From Chthoniobacteraceae bacterium (GTDB lineage Bacteria > Verrucomicrobiota > Verrucomicrobiia > Chthoniobacterales > Chthoniobacteraceae), in NCBI GenBank assembly GCA_040081625.1, contig JBEBGD010000005.1, positions 1 through 64,000 of the forward strand: a stretch of 64,000 bases of DNA. Direction: 5' to 3'. The notes beneath the pieces were generated by a model. The model was not told where the DNA came from and ran no database searches. It saw only the letters and a list, made by a program, of their open reading frames with translations. This document shows positions 11,332-19,709 of the stretch, in pieces (position 1 is the first letter of the stretch; every line of letters begins with the position of its first letter). Both the position numbers and the translations under genes were made by a program.

Positions 11332-12063
11332 TCAGTCGAGCAGACGCCAGATCGTCCGGCCGACGAACCCGGCGACATCGGCGATCTCGAAGGCGTCGAT
11401 CGGGCCGACGCCACCGACGCGTAGGGGAGTCGGCGGGATCGGGCCGCGCACGGGCCGCGCGCGCCTGGCCGCCTCGAGTTTTTCGCGCTCGCGCACGCGC
11501 GCCTTGTCGAGCCCGCCGGCGCGGATGAACTCGACGATCCGGCGCAGTTCCTCGCGATCGAACCAGATGCCGTGCGCCTTGCACACGTCCACGATCACGC
11601 CCGACTGGCCGGAGAAATTCACGCGGTTCATCAGCTTGGCGCACACGCAGCAGCCGACGTAGCGCACGTCGCTCAGCTTGAAGGCGGCGGGATCGACTTC
11701 GGGCGGCGCGTCGCCGCGGATGACGGCGGCCTGCTTCTCGCGATCGGCGCACAAGTCGTTGAAGGCCTCGACATCGAGCCACAGTCCCTCGCAGCGCGGA
11801 CACTCGTGCGCGGTGATCGCGCCGAGCGCGACGGCATCGAGTCCGGTGCTGCAGCGCGGGCACGTGTGCGGTGCTCCGGTGGTCGCGCTTTCCCGCTGCG
11901 CCTTCGCTCCGCAGTGCTGGCAGTGTCTTGATCCGACGAAGATCAACGCGAAGCACGCCGGGCACGCGGTCGTCGCGAGGCGCGAGCGGCAGTGGTCGCA
12001 TTGCGTCGCGCCGCTGCGGGTGGCGGCTCCGCACATCGGGCAGTTGAGAGTGGCGGCATCCAT
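11332..12063 (-). CDS. Multi-zinc-ribbon protein (double zinc ribbon plus TFIIB-like zinc fingers)
   Basis: Multiple CxxC pairs; CPRCEGLWLD and DVCKAHGIWFDREEL motifs. Confidence 0.75.
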   Translation of the reverse strand: MDAATLNCPMCGAATRSGATQCDHCRSRLATTACPACFALIFVGSRHCQHCGAKAQRESATTGAPHTCPRCSTGLDAVALGAITAHECPRCEGLWLDVEAFNDLCADREKQAAVIRGDAPPEVDPAAFKLSDVRYVGCCVCAKLMNRVNFSGQSGVIVDVCKAHGIWFDREELRRIVEFIRAGGLDKARVREREKLEAARRARPVRGPIPPTPLRVGGVGPIDAFEIADVAGFVGRTIWRLLD

Positions 12064-12168
12064 GAGTTTGCGTCGTGTGTGTATTCGTCGCGCGCGGGAG
12101 CGCAATGCCCGTTACCCAATTGCATGGTTGGCGGCGCTCCCGCTTGCGGCGACATACGCGCCCCTTTC

Positions 12169-13680
12169 ATGCGCCTCCTCATCGCACTCCTCGTCCTCGC
12201 GTCGCCGCTGCTCGCGGCGGAGAAACCGAACATCATCTTCATCATGGCCGACGACATCGGCTACGGCGACCTCGGCAGCCACGGCGCGACGCTCGTGAAG
12301 ACGCCGAACCTCGATCGCCTGCGCGACGGCGGCTGCAAGTTCACCGACGCGCATTCGCCCGCCTCGACCTGCACGCCCACGCGCCGCGCCATGCTCACCG
12401 GCACGTATTCATGGCGGCAAAAGGAAGCGTCGAGCATCATGCGAGGCGACGCTCCGCTCGGCATCGCGCCGGGCACGACCACGGTGCCGTCGGCGCTCAA
12501 GCAGGCGGGCTACAACACGGGCATCGTCGGCAAGTGGCACCTCGGTCTCGGACCCGAGGGTGGGCCGGATTGGAATGGCGAGATCAAGCCGGGACCGAAC
12601 GAGCTTGGCTTCGACTACAGCTTCATCATGGCCGCCACGGGCGACCGCGTGCCGACGGTGTATCTCGAAAACCATCGCGTGCTCGGGCTGGACGCGAAGG
12701 ACCCGATCCGCGTGGATTACGTGAAGAAAATCGGCGACGAACCGACCGGGCGCGAGAACCCCGAACTGCTCAAGCTCAAGCACACGCACGGGCACGACAT
12801 GACGATCGTGAACGGCGTCGGGCGCATCGGCTGGATGACCGGCGGCAAGGCCGCGCGCTGGCGCGACGAGGACATGGCCGACACCTTCGCGAAGAAAGCC
12901 GTCGGCTTCCTCGAAAAGCAGGACGCGAAGACGCCGTTCTTCCTCTACTTCGCCACGCACGGCATCCATGTGCCGCGCGTGCCGCACGAGAGGTTCAAGG
13001 GCGCGAGCCAGTGCGGCATCCGTGGCGATGCGATCGCCGAACTCGACGACACCGTCGGCCAGGTGCTCGCCGCGCTCGACCGGCTCAAGCTCAGCGACAA
13101 CACGCTCGTCATCTTCACCAGCGACAACGGCGGCGTAAACGATGACGGCTACGAGGACTTCGACACGTCCGTGCACCAAATGAACGGCGTGCTGCGCGGC
13201 ACGAAGGGAACGCTCTTCGAGGGCGGGCATCGGGTGCCGTTCATCGCGCGCTGGCCGGGGAAGATCAAAGCCGGCAGCGAATCCGGCGCGCTCATCGCGC
13301 ATCTCGACATGGCCGCGACCTTCGCCGCCCTCACCGGCGTGAAGCTCGCGGACGACGCGGCGCGCGACAGCTTCAACGTGCTCCCCGCGCTGCTCGGCGA
13401 GAGCAAGACCGGCCGGCCAAACTTCATCGCGCACACCGGCGGCACCGACACGCCGAAGGCCGTGCGCGTGGGCGACTGGGTCTTCATCACGCCCGGCAAC
13501 GCCGGCTACGGCAAGGCCGCGCGCGGCACCGAGGGGCTCGACATGAGCAAGGGCGCGCTCTTCAACCTCGCCGCCGACCTCGCGCAGCAGAAGAACCTGA
13601 TCGCCGAGGACCCCGCGAAAGCCGGGGAACTCAAAGCCTTCCTCGCCGAAGCGCAAAAGACCGGCCGCACGCGGCCCTGA
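12169..13680 (+). CDS. Secreted arylsulfatase-family protein
   Basis: Signal peptide, PNIIFIMADDIGYGD, CTPTR (CxPxR), GKWHLG, FTSDNG. Confidence 0.93.
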   Translation: MRLLIALLVLASPLLAAEKPNIIFIMADDIGYGDLGSHGATLVKTPNLDRLRDGGCKFTDAHSPASTCTPTRRAMLTGTYSWRQKEASSIMRGDAPLGIAPGTTTVPSALKQAGYNTGIVGKWHLGLGPEGGPDWNGEIKPGPNELGFDYSFIMAATGDRVPTVYLENHRVLGLDAKDPIRVDYVKKIGDEPTGRENPELLKLKHTHGHDMTIVNGVGRIGWMTGGKAARWRDEDMADTFAKKAVGFLEKQDAKTPFFLYFATHGIHVPRVPHERFKGASQCGIRGDAIAELDDTVGQVLAALDRLKLSDNTLVIFTSDNGGVNDDGYEDFDTSVHQMNGVLRGTKGTLFEGGHRVPFIARWPGKIKAGSESGALIAHLDMAATFAALTGVKLADDAARDSFNVLPALLGESKTGRPNFIAHTGGTDTPKAVRVGDWVFITPGNAGYGKAARGTEGLDMSKGALFNLAADLAQQKNLIAEDPAKAGELKAFLAEAQKTGRTRP

Positions 13681-13682
13681 CC

Positions 13683-13732
13683 TGTAGCGTCGGCTCTCCG
13701 AGCCGATATGCGCTCAGAGAGCGCACGCTACA
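13683..13732. repeat. REP-like inverted doublet (GTAG-type)
   Basis: TGTAGCGT...ACGCTACA outer arms; each half has a 7-bp hairpin (TCGGCTC-TCC-GAGCCGA and TGCGCTC-AGA-GAGCGCA); lies between convergent genes. Confidence 0.7.
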
Positions 13733-13895
13733 AGCGCACCGGATTCTCGGGCTTCGGCGGCCTCGTCGCAGCGATCGCCCGTGTATCCGCGATCATCTGC
13801 TCGAGGATGCGCAGCTTCTCGCCGACCGGCAGCGCGGCGAGTTCCCGGCGGCGGGCGCGCTTGCTCTCGATGATTCGACGCATCAGTTCAGTCAT
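13728..13895 (-). CDS. Small basic protein, partner of the upstream nucleotidyltransferase-like gene (TA-like pair)
   Basis: 55 aa MTELMRRIIESKRARRRELAALPVGEKLRILEQM...; ATGA overlap with 13892-14407. Confidence 0.6.
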   Translation of the reverse strand: MTELMRRIIESKRARRRELAALPVGEKLRILEQMIADTRAIAATRPPKPENPVRL

Positions 13896-14407
13896 GGCTG
13901 CGGGTAATCCTGCTGGAACTTGCCCCACTTCTCAAGCAGCCCGTGCCGGCGCAGGATGTCCTCAAATTTGTCCGCATCGAGCGCCCCCTGCTCGATGAAG
14001 CGCGAGACGCGGTCGTGATCCCGCGCGCGCCCGACTTGAAGGCAGATCGCCGCGAGATGCTCGGCGGTGAAAACGCGCGTGGGCACGCCGCTGACATCGC
14101 GCACGACCGCCGCCGCCAGCGCTTCCCCGACGAGCGGCGTCCCCGGCGGCACGAACTCGACCGCCCAGCCGTCGATGACGATGAATTGGCCGCGAGCTTC
14201 GCACCCGCGCGCGAGGAGGTATTCATAGATGGGCGTGAGCGTGAGCGGCGTGCCGCCGGGTGAGGCGGGCAGGTTCACAAACACGTCCACGTCCTTCGTC
14301 GTGAAAGGCTCCAGCCAGAAAATCGAGCCAATGGCTCCGCCGATGGCGTAACGGCCAACGACGCCCTCGGCCTCCATCTGGTTGATGAGCGCGAAGATTT
14401 TCTCCAC
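13892..14407 (-). CDS. Nucleotidyltransferase-superfamily protein (TA-like)
   Basis: YAIGGAIG...TKDVDVFV (GG...DxD) and C-terminal GRARD. Confidence 0.7.
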   Translation of the reverse strand: MEKIFALINQMEAEGVVGRYAIGGAIGSIFWLEPFTTKDVDVFVNLPASPGGTPLTLTPIYEYLLARGCEARGQFIVIDGWAVEFVPPGTPLVGEALAAAVVRDVSGVPTRVFTAEHLAAICLQVGRARDHDRVSRFIEQGALDADKFEDILRRHGLLEKWGKFQQDYPQP

Positions 14408-14556
14408 GCCGCATCACTAGCGGGAAGTGGTCGCGAGGACAGCACGAATCGCCGCCACATTTTCCTTGTCACCGCGAGGGCACAGCGATAACCCGCGCGT
14501 ATGACGAAGGCTATGCGCTCCGCAGAATCCTGTCCGAATGCACCCGCACGCGCTGC

Positions 14557-14610
14557 GCGTCGAAGCGTCGAAGCGTCGAAGCGTCGAAGCGTCGAAGCGT
14601 CGAAGCGTCG
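14557..14610. repeat. Perfect 8-bp tandem repeat (GCGTCGAA)x6 plus a partial unit
   Basis: Read directly from the sequence. Confidence 0.95.
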
Positions 14611-14679
14611 TTGACCTTTTTGCGCGGAGCGTCTTAGCGGAGCGGTTCAATCTTTCGCGTAGGGCGCGCAGCGGCGCGG

Positions 14680-14952
14680 GCGAGCGGGCCTCGTCGCTGG
14701 CCGGGATCGCCTCGCGGCGGGCAGTGGAAGCCTCGCGCGGCGGCGAGGAGTTCGTGCTCCGGCGCGAGGCCGACTCGATGTCCGCCGAGGCGCTTTCGTC
14801 CCGTCGCGAGGCCGGCTCGGCTGGCGGCGGGAAGCCCTCGCTTTTGCCCGAAACAGCCTCGGCCCGGAACGAGGCCGGCTTTACCCGCGGCGAGGCGGCC
14901 TCGGGTGTCGGCGAGGCGGCCTCGCTGCGAAGCGAGGCATCCTCGCTCGCTT
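14680..14952. repeat. Degenerate 21-bp-period array, 13 units, core like CGAGGCGGCCTCG
   Basis: Units start every 21 nt from 14680 to 14932 with a conserved core and variable tail. Confidence 0.7.
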
Positions 14953-15064
14953 CAAGTCCCTATCGGATGGACCTTTGCGATAACCGTCCCTTTTTTGGCG
15001 TCATTCGGAAAGTTGCGGATTGGGGCGCGTCCGGCAGCCAGCGGCCCTGCGGGCGGCTAAACTT

Positions 15065-15177
15065 CAAACGCCAAACGCCAAACTCCAAACGCCAAACGCC
15101 GGAGACCGAGGGCGGGAGCCGGTGGGCGAAGCCCTTCTCTTTGATGTTTGGCGTTTGGCGTTTGGCGTTTGGCGTTG
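15065..15177. repeat. Inverted heptamer arrays (CAAACGC)x5 ... (GCGTTTG)x~4
   Basis: 15065-15099 and 15146-15177 are reverse-complementary arrays about 46 nt apart. Confidence 0.9.
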
Positions 15178-15255
15178 AGCCCGCCGCAGGCGCCGTCGAT
15201 CCACGCCGGTCTCCCGGACCACGACGCCGCAACTTCCGGGATGAACCTTCCTTCG

Positions 15256-15987
15256 ATGCCTGAGCCAGCACGCTACGGGACCGCCCGCTATGGCCAGGCT
15301 CGCTACGCCAGCAAACACGCCGTTTCCACTCCACCGATCCCACCCAAACCCAGACCCAAAAACAGCACCATGACCGACTTCATCCCGCAATCTTACCGGA
15401 ACCTGCGCGACTGGCTGCAAAAGCAAGTCACCGAACTGACCGCCGCGCTCGCCGCGACGCTGAACATGAGCACCGCCGAGCGGCAGGCGATCCTCGACGC
15501 CTGCAATGTGCTGCTGCCGCTGCTCAACGACATCGTCGCGAAGATGGAGCAACTCGAGATGCTCACCGCCGACTTGCAGGCGTTGCTGCCCGTGCACACC
15601 GCGCCGATCCGCGCCGGCATCAAGCGCGCGAAGACCAGCAGCGGCTGCACGCCCGGCATCATCGAGCAGATGGATTGGATCGGCGAGAGCCACGAGTTCG
15701 ACCCCGACACCGCGCGCCCGACGATCAAGGTCGAAGCGCAGCGTGGCCGGGTGAAAATCGACGGCAAGAAGCCCGGTTTCGATTCGGCGAATATCTATTA
15801 CCGCAGGAAAGGCGACGTGCAGTGGAAGCTGATCGAGTCCAAGCGCAAGCGCTTCCCATTCTATGACGAGCAGCCCCTCGCCGTCGCCGGCCAGCCCGAG
15901 GTGCGCGAATACATGGCGATCGGCGTGATCGGCGATGAGGAAGTCGGGCAGATGAGTGAGATCAAGGAGGTCGTGTATGCGGGGTAA
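15256..15987 (+). CDS. Hypothetical protein: ARYG[TQ] N-terminal repeats, helical middle, beta-rich (FN3-like) C-terminus; alternative start at 15370
   Basis: Coding-like ORF; ARYGTARYGQARY leader; NIYYRRKGDVQW...YD...EVREYMAIGV C-terminus. Confidence 0.65.
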   Translation: MPEPARYGTARYGQARYASKHAVSTPPIPPKPRPKNSTMTDFIPQSYRNLRDWLQKQVTELTAALAATLNMSTAERQAILDACNVLLPLLNDIVAKMEQLEMLTADLQALLPVHTAPIRAGIKRAKTSSGCTPGIIEQMDWIGESHEFDPDTARPTIKVEAQRGRVKIDGKKPGFDSANIYYRRKGDVQWKLIESKRKRFPFYDEQPLAVAGQPEVREYMAIGVIGDEEVGQMSEIKEVVYAG

Positions 15988-16018
15988 GATCGTGGCGACC
16001 GCCATGCTTCCGCAGGGG

Positions 16019-17236
16019 ATGAAATTTTCGCTCGCTCTCGTGCTGCTCGGATTGCTTGTCCGTGCATTCTGCCAAACACCCGCTCCCATTCGGACGTGGA
16101 CAACGACTGAGGGAAAAACTTTTCAGGCCACGCTCGTGAGCGTGCAGGGAACGCAAGTCACCGTCCGGCTCGGCAATGGCCAACTCGCGGCGATCGGCCT
16201 GCCGCGGCTCTCGCCAGGAGACCAGGCGTTCATCAAGTCCGTCACTTCGAGCACCAGCGCGACGGCACCCAGCGCTACGCCCGCGTCCAGTGCCGCGCCG
16301 AATGACAAGCGCGTGTGGCCGCAGAAGGTCGAAGTCGATACGCGCGCCATCGAGGTGACGACGGTGAGCGAAGACGTGCCGAACAAGAAGTGCATGTATC
16401 GCTCGCGCAATTTCGAGTTCACCGCGGAGGATAAACTCGCGCCCAGCGTGATGAAGGAGGTCGCGCGGACATTTGAGTCCACGCGCAGCCTGATGGAAGG
16501 CTTGCCGTGGGCGCTGCAACCCGAACCGGTCGGCTCCGAATTGTTCCAAGCGAAGTTCTTCGCCACTCGCGAGAGTTTCATCGCGGCTGGCGGAGGGGAA
16601 AAGACGGCTGCCACGATCAAGGCGCTCGATGGACTTTTCCTTGCGCCGTTTTCTTCGTTCGGGCTCGAGTTGCGCGGCAAGGCATGGGCGAAGAGCGGCA
16701 AATATGACGACCGCATTCTCGTGCTCGAGGTCGCCAAGCTGATGATGGGCAATTCCTACCGCCTGCTGCCGGACTGGATCTGGCATGGCGCGTCTGGATA
16801 CGCTTCGTTCTTGCCCAATAACGCCGGCGTGGTCCTCGCTGGGTCGCACGAGCGCGGGCTGAAGGAATACATCAAACACTACGCGGGCCGCGGCTACAAC
16901 CCCTCCGATGCCGGCCCCGTGTTCGACTTGCTGCAAATGCCCTCGGCAACGTGGTCGGAACGCTCCCAGGCCAACGACACTGATCGCGTGCGGATGCAAG
17001 TGACCGCGCCACTTCTGGTCTATTACTTCTGCCACCTCGATGACGATGGGAAGGGCACCCGCTTCCTCCGCTACATGGACAAGATCGCGGAGGCACGCCG
17101 GGCGGGCGCGGCGCCCGGCGCACGCGGCTCGTTCGGACTCTCGCAACTCGAGATTCTCCTCGATGGCCGCGACAAGGACGCGATGCAAAAAGCAGTCGTG
17201 GACGGCTACAAAAAGATCGGCGTCCGCTGGCAATGA
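16019..17236 (+). CDS. Secreted protein with N-terminal SHD1-like domain
   Basis: Signal peptide, RTWTTTEGKTFQATLV...LSPGDQAFIK, Ser/Thr/Ala linker. Confidence 0.7.
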   Translation: MKFSLALVLLGLLVRAFCQTPAPIRTWTTTEGKTFQATLVSVQGTQVTVRLGNGQLAAIGLPRLSPGDQAFIKSVTSSTSATAPSATPASSAAPNDKRVWPQKVEVDTRAIEVTTVSEDVPNKKCMYRSRNFEFTAEDKLAPSVMKEVARTFESTRSLMEGLPWALQPEPVGSELFQAKFFATRESFIAAGGGEKTAATIKALDGLFLAPFSSFGLELRGKAWAKSGKYDDRILVLEVAKLMMGNSYRLLPDWIWHGASGYASFLPNNAGVVLAGSHERGLKEYIKHYAGRGYNPSDAGPVFDLLQMPSATWSERSQANDTDRVRMQVTAPLLVYYFCHLDDDGKGTRFLRYMDKIAEARRAGAAPGARGSFGLSQLEILLDGRDKDAMQKAVVDGYKKIGVRWQ

Positions 17237-17297
17237 AAGCGCGGAGATGGAGTTCTCCGGTTTGGGTGGAAGGCACCAACGACTAACGAACACCACG

Positions 17298-17381
17298 ATG
17301 CCCTACGACCCGACGCACCCGGTCAACGGCGAGATCGCCGATGCGGACGATATCCGCGAGAAGTTCGACTTCACGCAGGGG
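17298..17381 (+). repeat. 84-bp direct repeat, copy 1
   Basis: Matches 17914-17997 with about 4 mismatches; begins at an ATG (MPYDPTHPVNG...). Confidence 0.9.
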
Positions 17382-17440
17382 CGGAACGACGAGACGAACG
17401 CGCGCATTGACGCCGCTTGCTCGCCGAATACGCTTCAACC

Positions 17441-17635
17441 ATGTCTCTGGCGCAACTCAAAGATCAAGCCGCCCATTTGCACCTTGGCGAGCAGCGGGAA
17501 CTCATCGCTTTCCTCATCGCCCGGCAGACGGAGCAGGACGAGGACTTCAAGCGCACGCTGGCGCAGAAGATCGACGACCGAGACGCTTCGCACTGGGCGG
17601 ACCTCGAGGACTTGCAGAAGCGCTATCCCGAGTAG
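17441..17635 (+). CDS. Putative antitoxin (addiction-module-like small protein)
   Basis: 64 aa, acidic C-terminus with WADLEDL, 2 nt upstream of a RelE-like ORF. Confidence 0.6.
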   Translation: MSLAQLKDQAAHLHLGEQRELIAFLIARQTEQDEDFKRTLAQKIDDRDASHWADLEDLQKRYPE

Positions 17636-17637
17636 CC

Positions 17638-18033
17638 GTGGACTACCGGCTGCTGGTGGACCTGGAGGCGCTGGCCGTCCTCGACGGGATGCCGAAGCGC
17701 ACGCGCAAGAGTCTGCTCGAGCATTTCGTCCGGCTTCGCTCGACGCCGGACAGGCACTCCGATTTCCATGAGCAGGATCGAATCGGCCGGCGCGTCGAGA
17801 TCAGCGTGTTTGCGGGTTACGCGATTCATTACTGGATCGATTTCGCGGATCGGCATATCAAGGTGCTGGCGATCAAGCCTGCGGATCGGCAGGAACGAAC
17901 GCGCCCGTCGCTAATGCCCTACGACCCGACGCACCCGGTGAACGGCGATGTCGCCGATGCGGACGAGATCCGCGAGAAGTTCGACTTCACGCAGGGGTGG
18001 ATCGACGCGCGGTGGCAGTCGGCGGTGCGGTAG
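17638..18033 (+). CDS. Putative RelE/ParE-like toxin reading through into repeat copy 2
   Basis: GTG start; YRLLVDLEALAVL...YAIHYWIDFADRHIKVLAI layout; C-terminus comes from the repeat. Confidence 0.55.
   Translation: MDYRLLVDLEALAVLDGMPKRTRKSLLEHFVRLRSTPDRHSDFHEQDRIGRRVEISVFAGYAIHYWIDFADRHIKVLAIKPADRQERTRPSLMPYDPTHPVNGDVADADEIREKFDFTQGWIDARWQSAVR
17914..17997 (+). repeat. 84-bp direct repeat, copy 2
   Basis: Matches 17298-17381. Confidence 0.9.
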
Positions 18034-18054
18034 GGCGCGTCTCCATCTTGGAAA

Positions 18055-18156
18055 ACAGGATGAACAGGATTTTCAGGATGGACAGGATTTCGCCGCCCGT
18101 GTCTGTGAGTCACTCGCCAGTTCGGCGCGTGATCCTGTAATCCAGAAAATCCTCTC
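18055..18156. repeat. 9-bp-period CAGGAT array with a downstream inverted ATCCTG-like array
   Basis: ACAGGATGA ACAGGATTT TCAGGATGG ACAGGATTT (18055-18090), then ATCCTGTAATCCAGAAAATCC (from 18132). Confidence 0.7.
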
Positions 18157-18158
18157 CA

Positions 18159-19709
18159 ATGAACCTCCGCCTCCTCTTCTTGCTCTTCGTGTCCTTCGTG
18201 GTGAACTCCATCGCGAAGCAACCGAACATCGTCTTCATCTTCTCGGACGACCACGCGTATCAGGCCATCAGCGCCTATGGCGACGAGCGAAAGCTGATCG
18301 ACACGCCGAACATCGACCGGCTCGCGAAGGAAGGTATGCGCTTCGACCGCTGCCTCGTGTCGAACTCGATCTGCGGGCCGAGCCGCGCGACGATCCTCAC
18401 CGGCAAATACAGCCATCTCAATGGCTTCTTCAATAACTCGAACAGCCGCTTCGATGGCTCGCAGACGACTTTCCCGAAGCTGCTGCAAAAGGCCGGCTAT
18501 CAGACCGCGATCGTCGGGAAGTGGCATCTCGTGAGCGACCCGACCGGCTTCGACTACTGGCACATCCTGCCCGGCCAGGGTGCCTACTACAATCCGCCGA
18601 TGATCAAGAACGGCGAGAAGGTGAAGCACGAGGGCTACACGACCGATCTCATCGCGGACCTCTCGATCGAGTGGATGAAGAATCGCGACAAGTCGAAGCC
18701 CTTCATCCTCATGAGCCAGCACAAGGCGCCGCACCGCGAGTGGGAGCCGCCGCTACGCCTCCTCGGCTGGGACAAGGACCGCGTTTATCCCGAGCCGCCG
18801 ACGCTTTTCGACGACTACGCGAACCGCGGCCTCGCGACGCGCGACCAGGACATGAGCATCGAGAAGACCTTCACCGAGCGCGACGCGAAGCTCGTCACGC
18901 CGGGGACGCTCACGAGCGAGCAGCGCGCGGCGTGGAATGCCTACTACGAGCCGCGCAACGCGAAGTATCACGCCGCCAAGCCGCAAGGGAAGGACCTCGT
19001 GCGCTGGCGCTATCAGCGCTACATGCACGACTATCTCGCGTGTGTGAAAGCGGTCGATGAAGCCGTGGGCCGCGTGCTGAAGTTCCTCGACGATGAGGGC
19101 CTCGCCGAGAACACGATCGTCGTCTATTCCTCCGACCAGGGCTTCTACCTCGGCGAGCACGGATGGTTCGACAAACGCTGGATCTACGAGGAATCGCTGC
19201 GGACTCCGCTGCTCGTGCGCTGGCCCGGCGTGGCCAAGCCCGGCTCGGTGAACAAGGAACTCACGAGCATCGTCGATTTCGGCCCCACCTTCCTCGACGC
19301 CGCCGGCGCGAAGGTGCCCGCCGAGATGCAAGGCTACAGCCTCAAGCCGCTGCTCGCGGGCGCCACTCCCGCCGACTGGCGCAAGAGCTTTTACTACCAC
19401 TACTACGAGTATCCCCAGCCGCATCGCGTCCGCCCGCATGAGGGCGTTGTCACCGATCGCTACAAGCTGGTGCGCTTCTATCTGCCGGATGTGGACTACG
19501 TGGAACTCTACGACCGCGAGAAGGACCCGCTCGAGCTGCGCGACTTCTCGAAAGACCCCGGCTACGCGGCGACCGTCGCGGAACTGACGAAGGAACTCGC
19601 GCGCCTGCGCGTCGAGTTGAAGGTGCCGGACCCGATGCCGAAGGAAGCCTACGGGAATCTCTTCCGGCAAGAACTCGGCGGCGGCGCGAAGAAAAAGAAA
19701 CAGCCATGA
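18159..19709 (+). CDS. Secreted sulfatase (N-acetylglucosamine-6-sulfatase-like)
   Basis: PNIVFIFSDDH, CGPSR, GKWHL, SSDQG, HGWFDKR. Confidence 0.92.
   Translation: MNLRLLFLLFVSFVVNSIAKQPNIVFIFSDDHAYQAISAYGDERKLIDTPNIDRLAKEGMRFDRCLVSNSICGPSRATILTGKYSHLNGFFNNSNSRFDGSQTTFPKLLQKAGYQTAIVGKWHLVSDPTGFDYWHILPGQGAYYNPPMIKNGEKVKHEGYTTDLIADLSIEWMKNRDKSKPFILMSQHKAPHREWEPPLRLLGWDKDRVYPEPPTLFDDYANRGLATRDQDMSIEKTFTERDAKLVTPGTLTSEQRAAWNAYYEPRNAKYHAAKPQGKDLVRWRYQRYMHDYLACVKAVDEAVGRVLKFLDDEGLAENTIVVYSSDQGFYLGEHGWFDKRWIYEESLRTPLLVRWPGVAKPGSVNKELTSIVDFGPTFLDAAGAKVPAEMQGYSLKPLLAGATPADWRKSFYYHYYEYPQPHRVRPHEGVVTDRYKLVRFYLPDVDYVELYDREKDPLELRDFSKDPGYAATVAELTKELARLRVELKVPDPMPKEAYGNLFRQELGGGAKKKKQP

Noticed and set aside
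14557..15177. Possible CRISPR array
   Set aside because: Units are 7, 8 or 21 bp with no 25-45 nt unique spacers, and there are no cas genes in the window.
14538..15263. 241-aa ORF across the repeat patch
   Set aside because: Built from translated simple repeats with no independent coding evidence; only the repeats are reported.
17298..17997. DGR template/variable repeat pair
   Set aside because: Only about 4 mismatches, not adenine-specific, and no reverse transcriptase.
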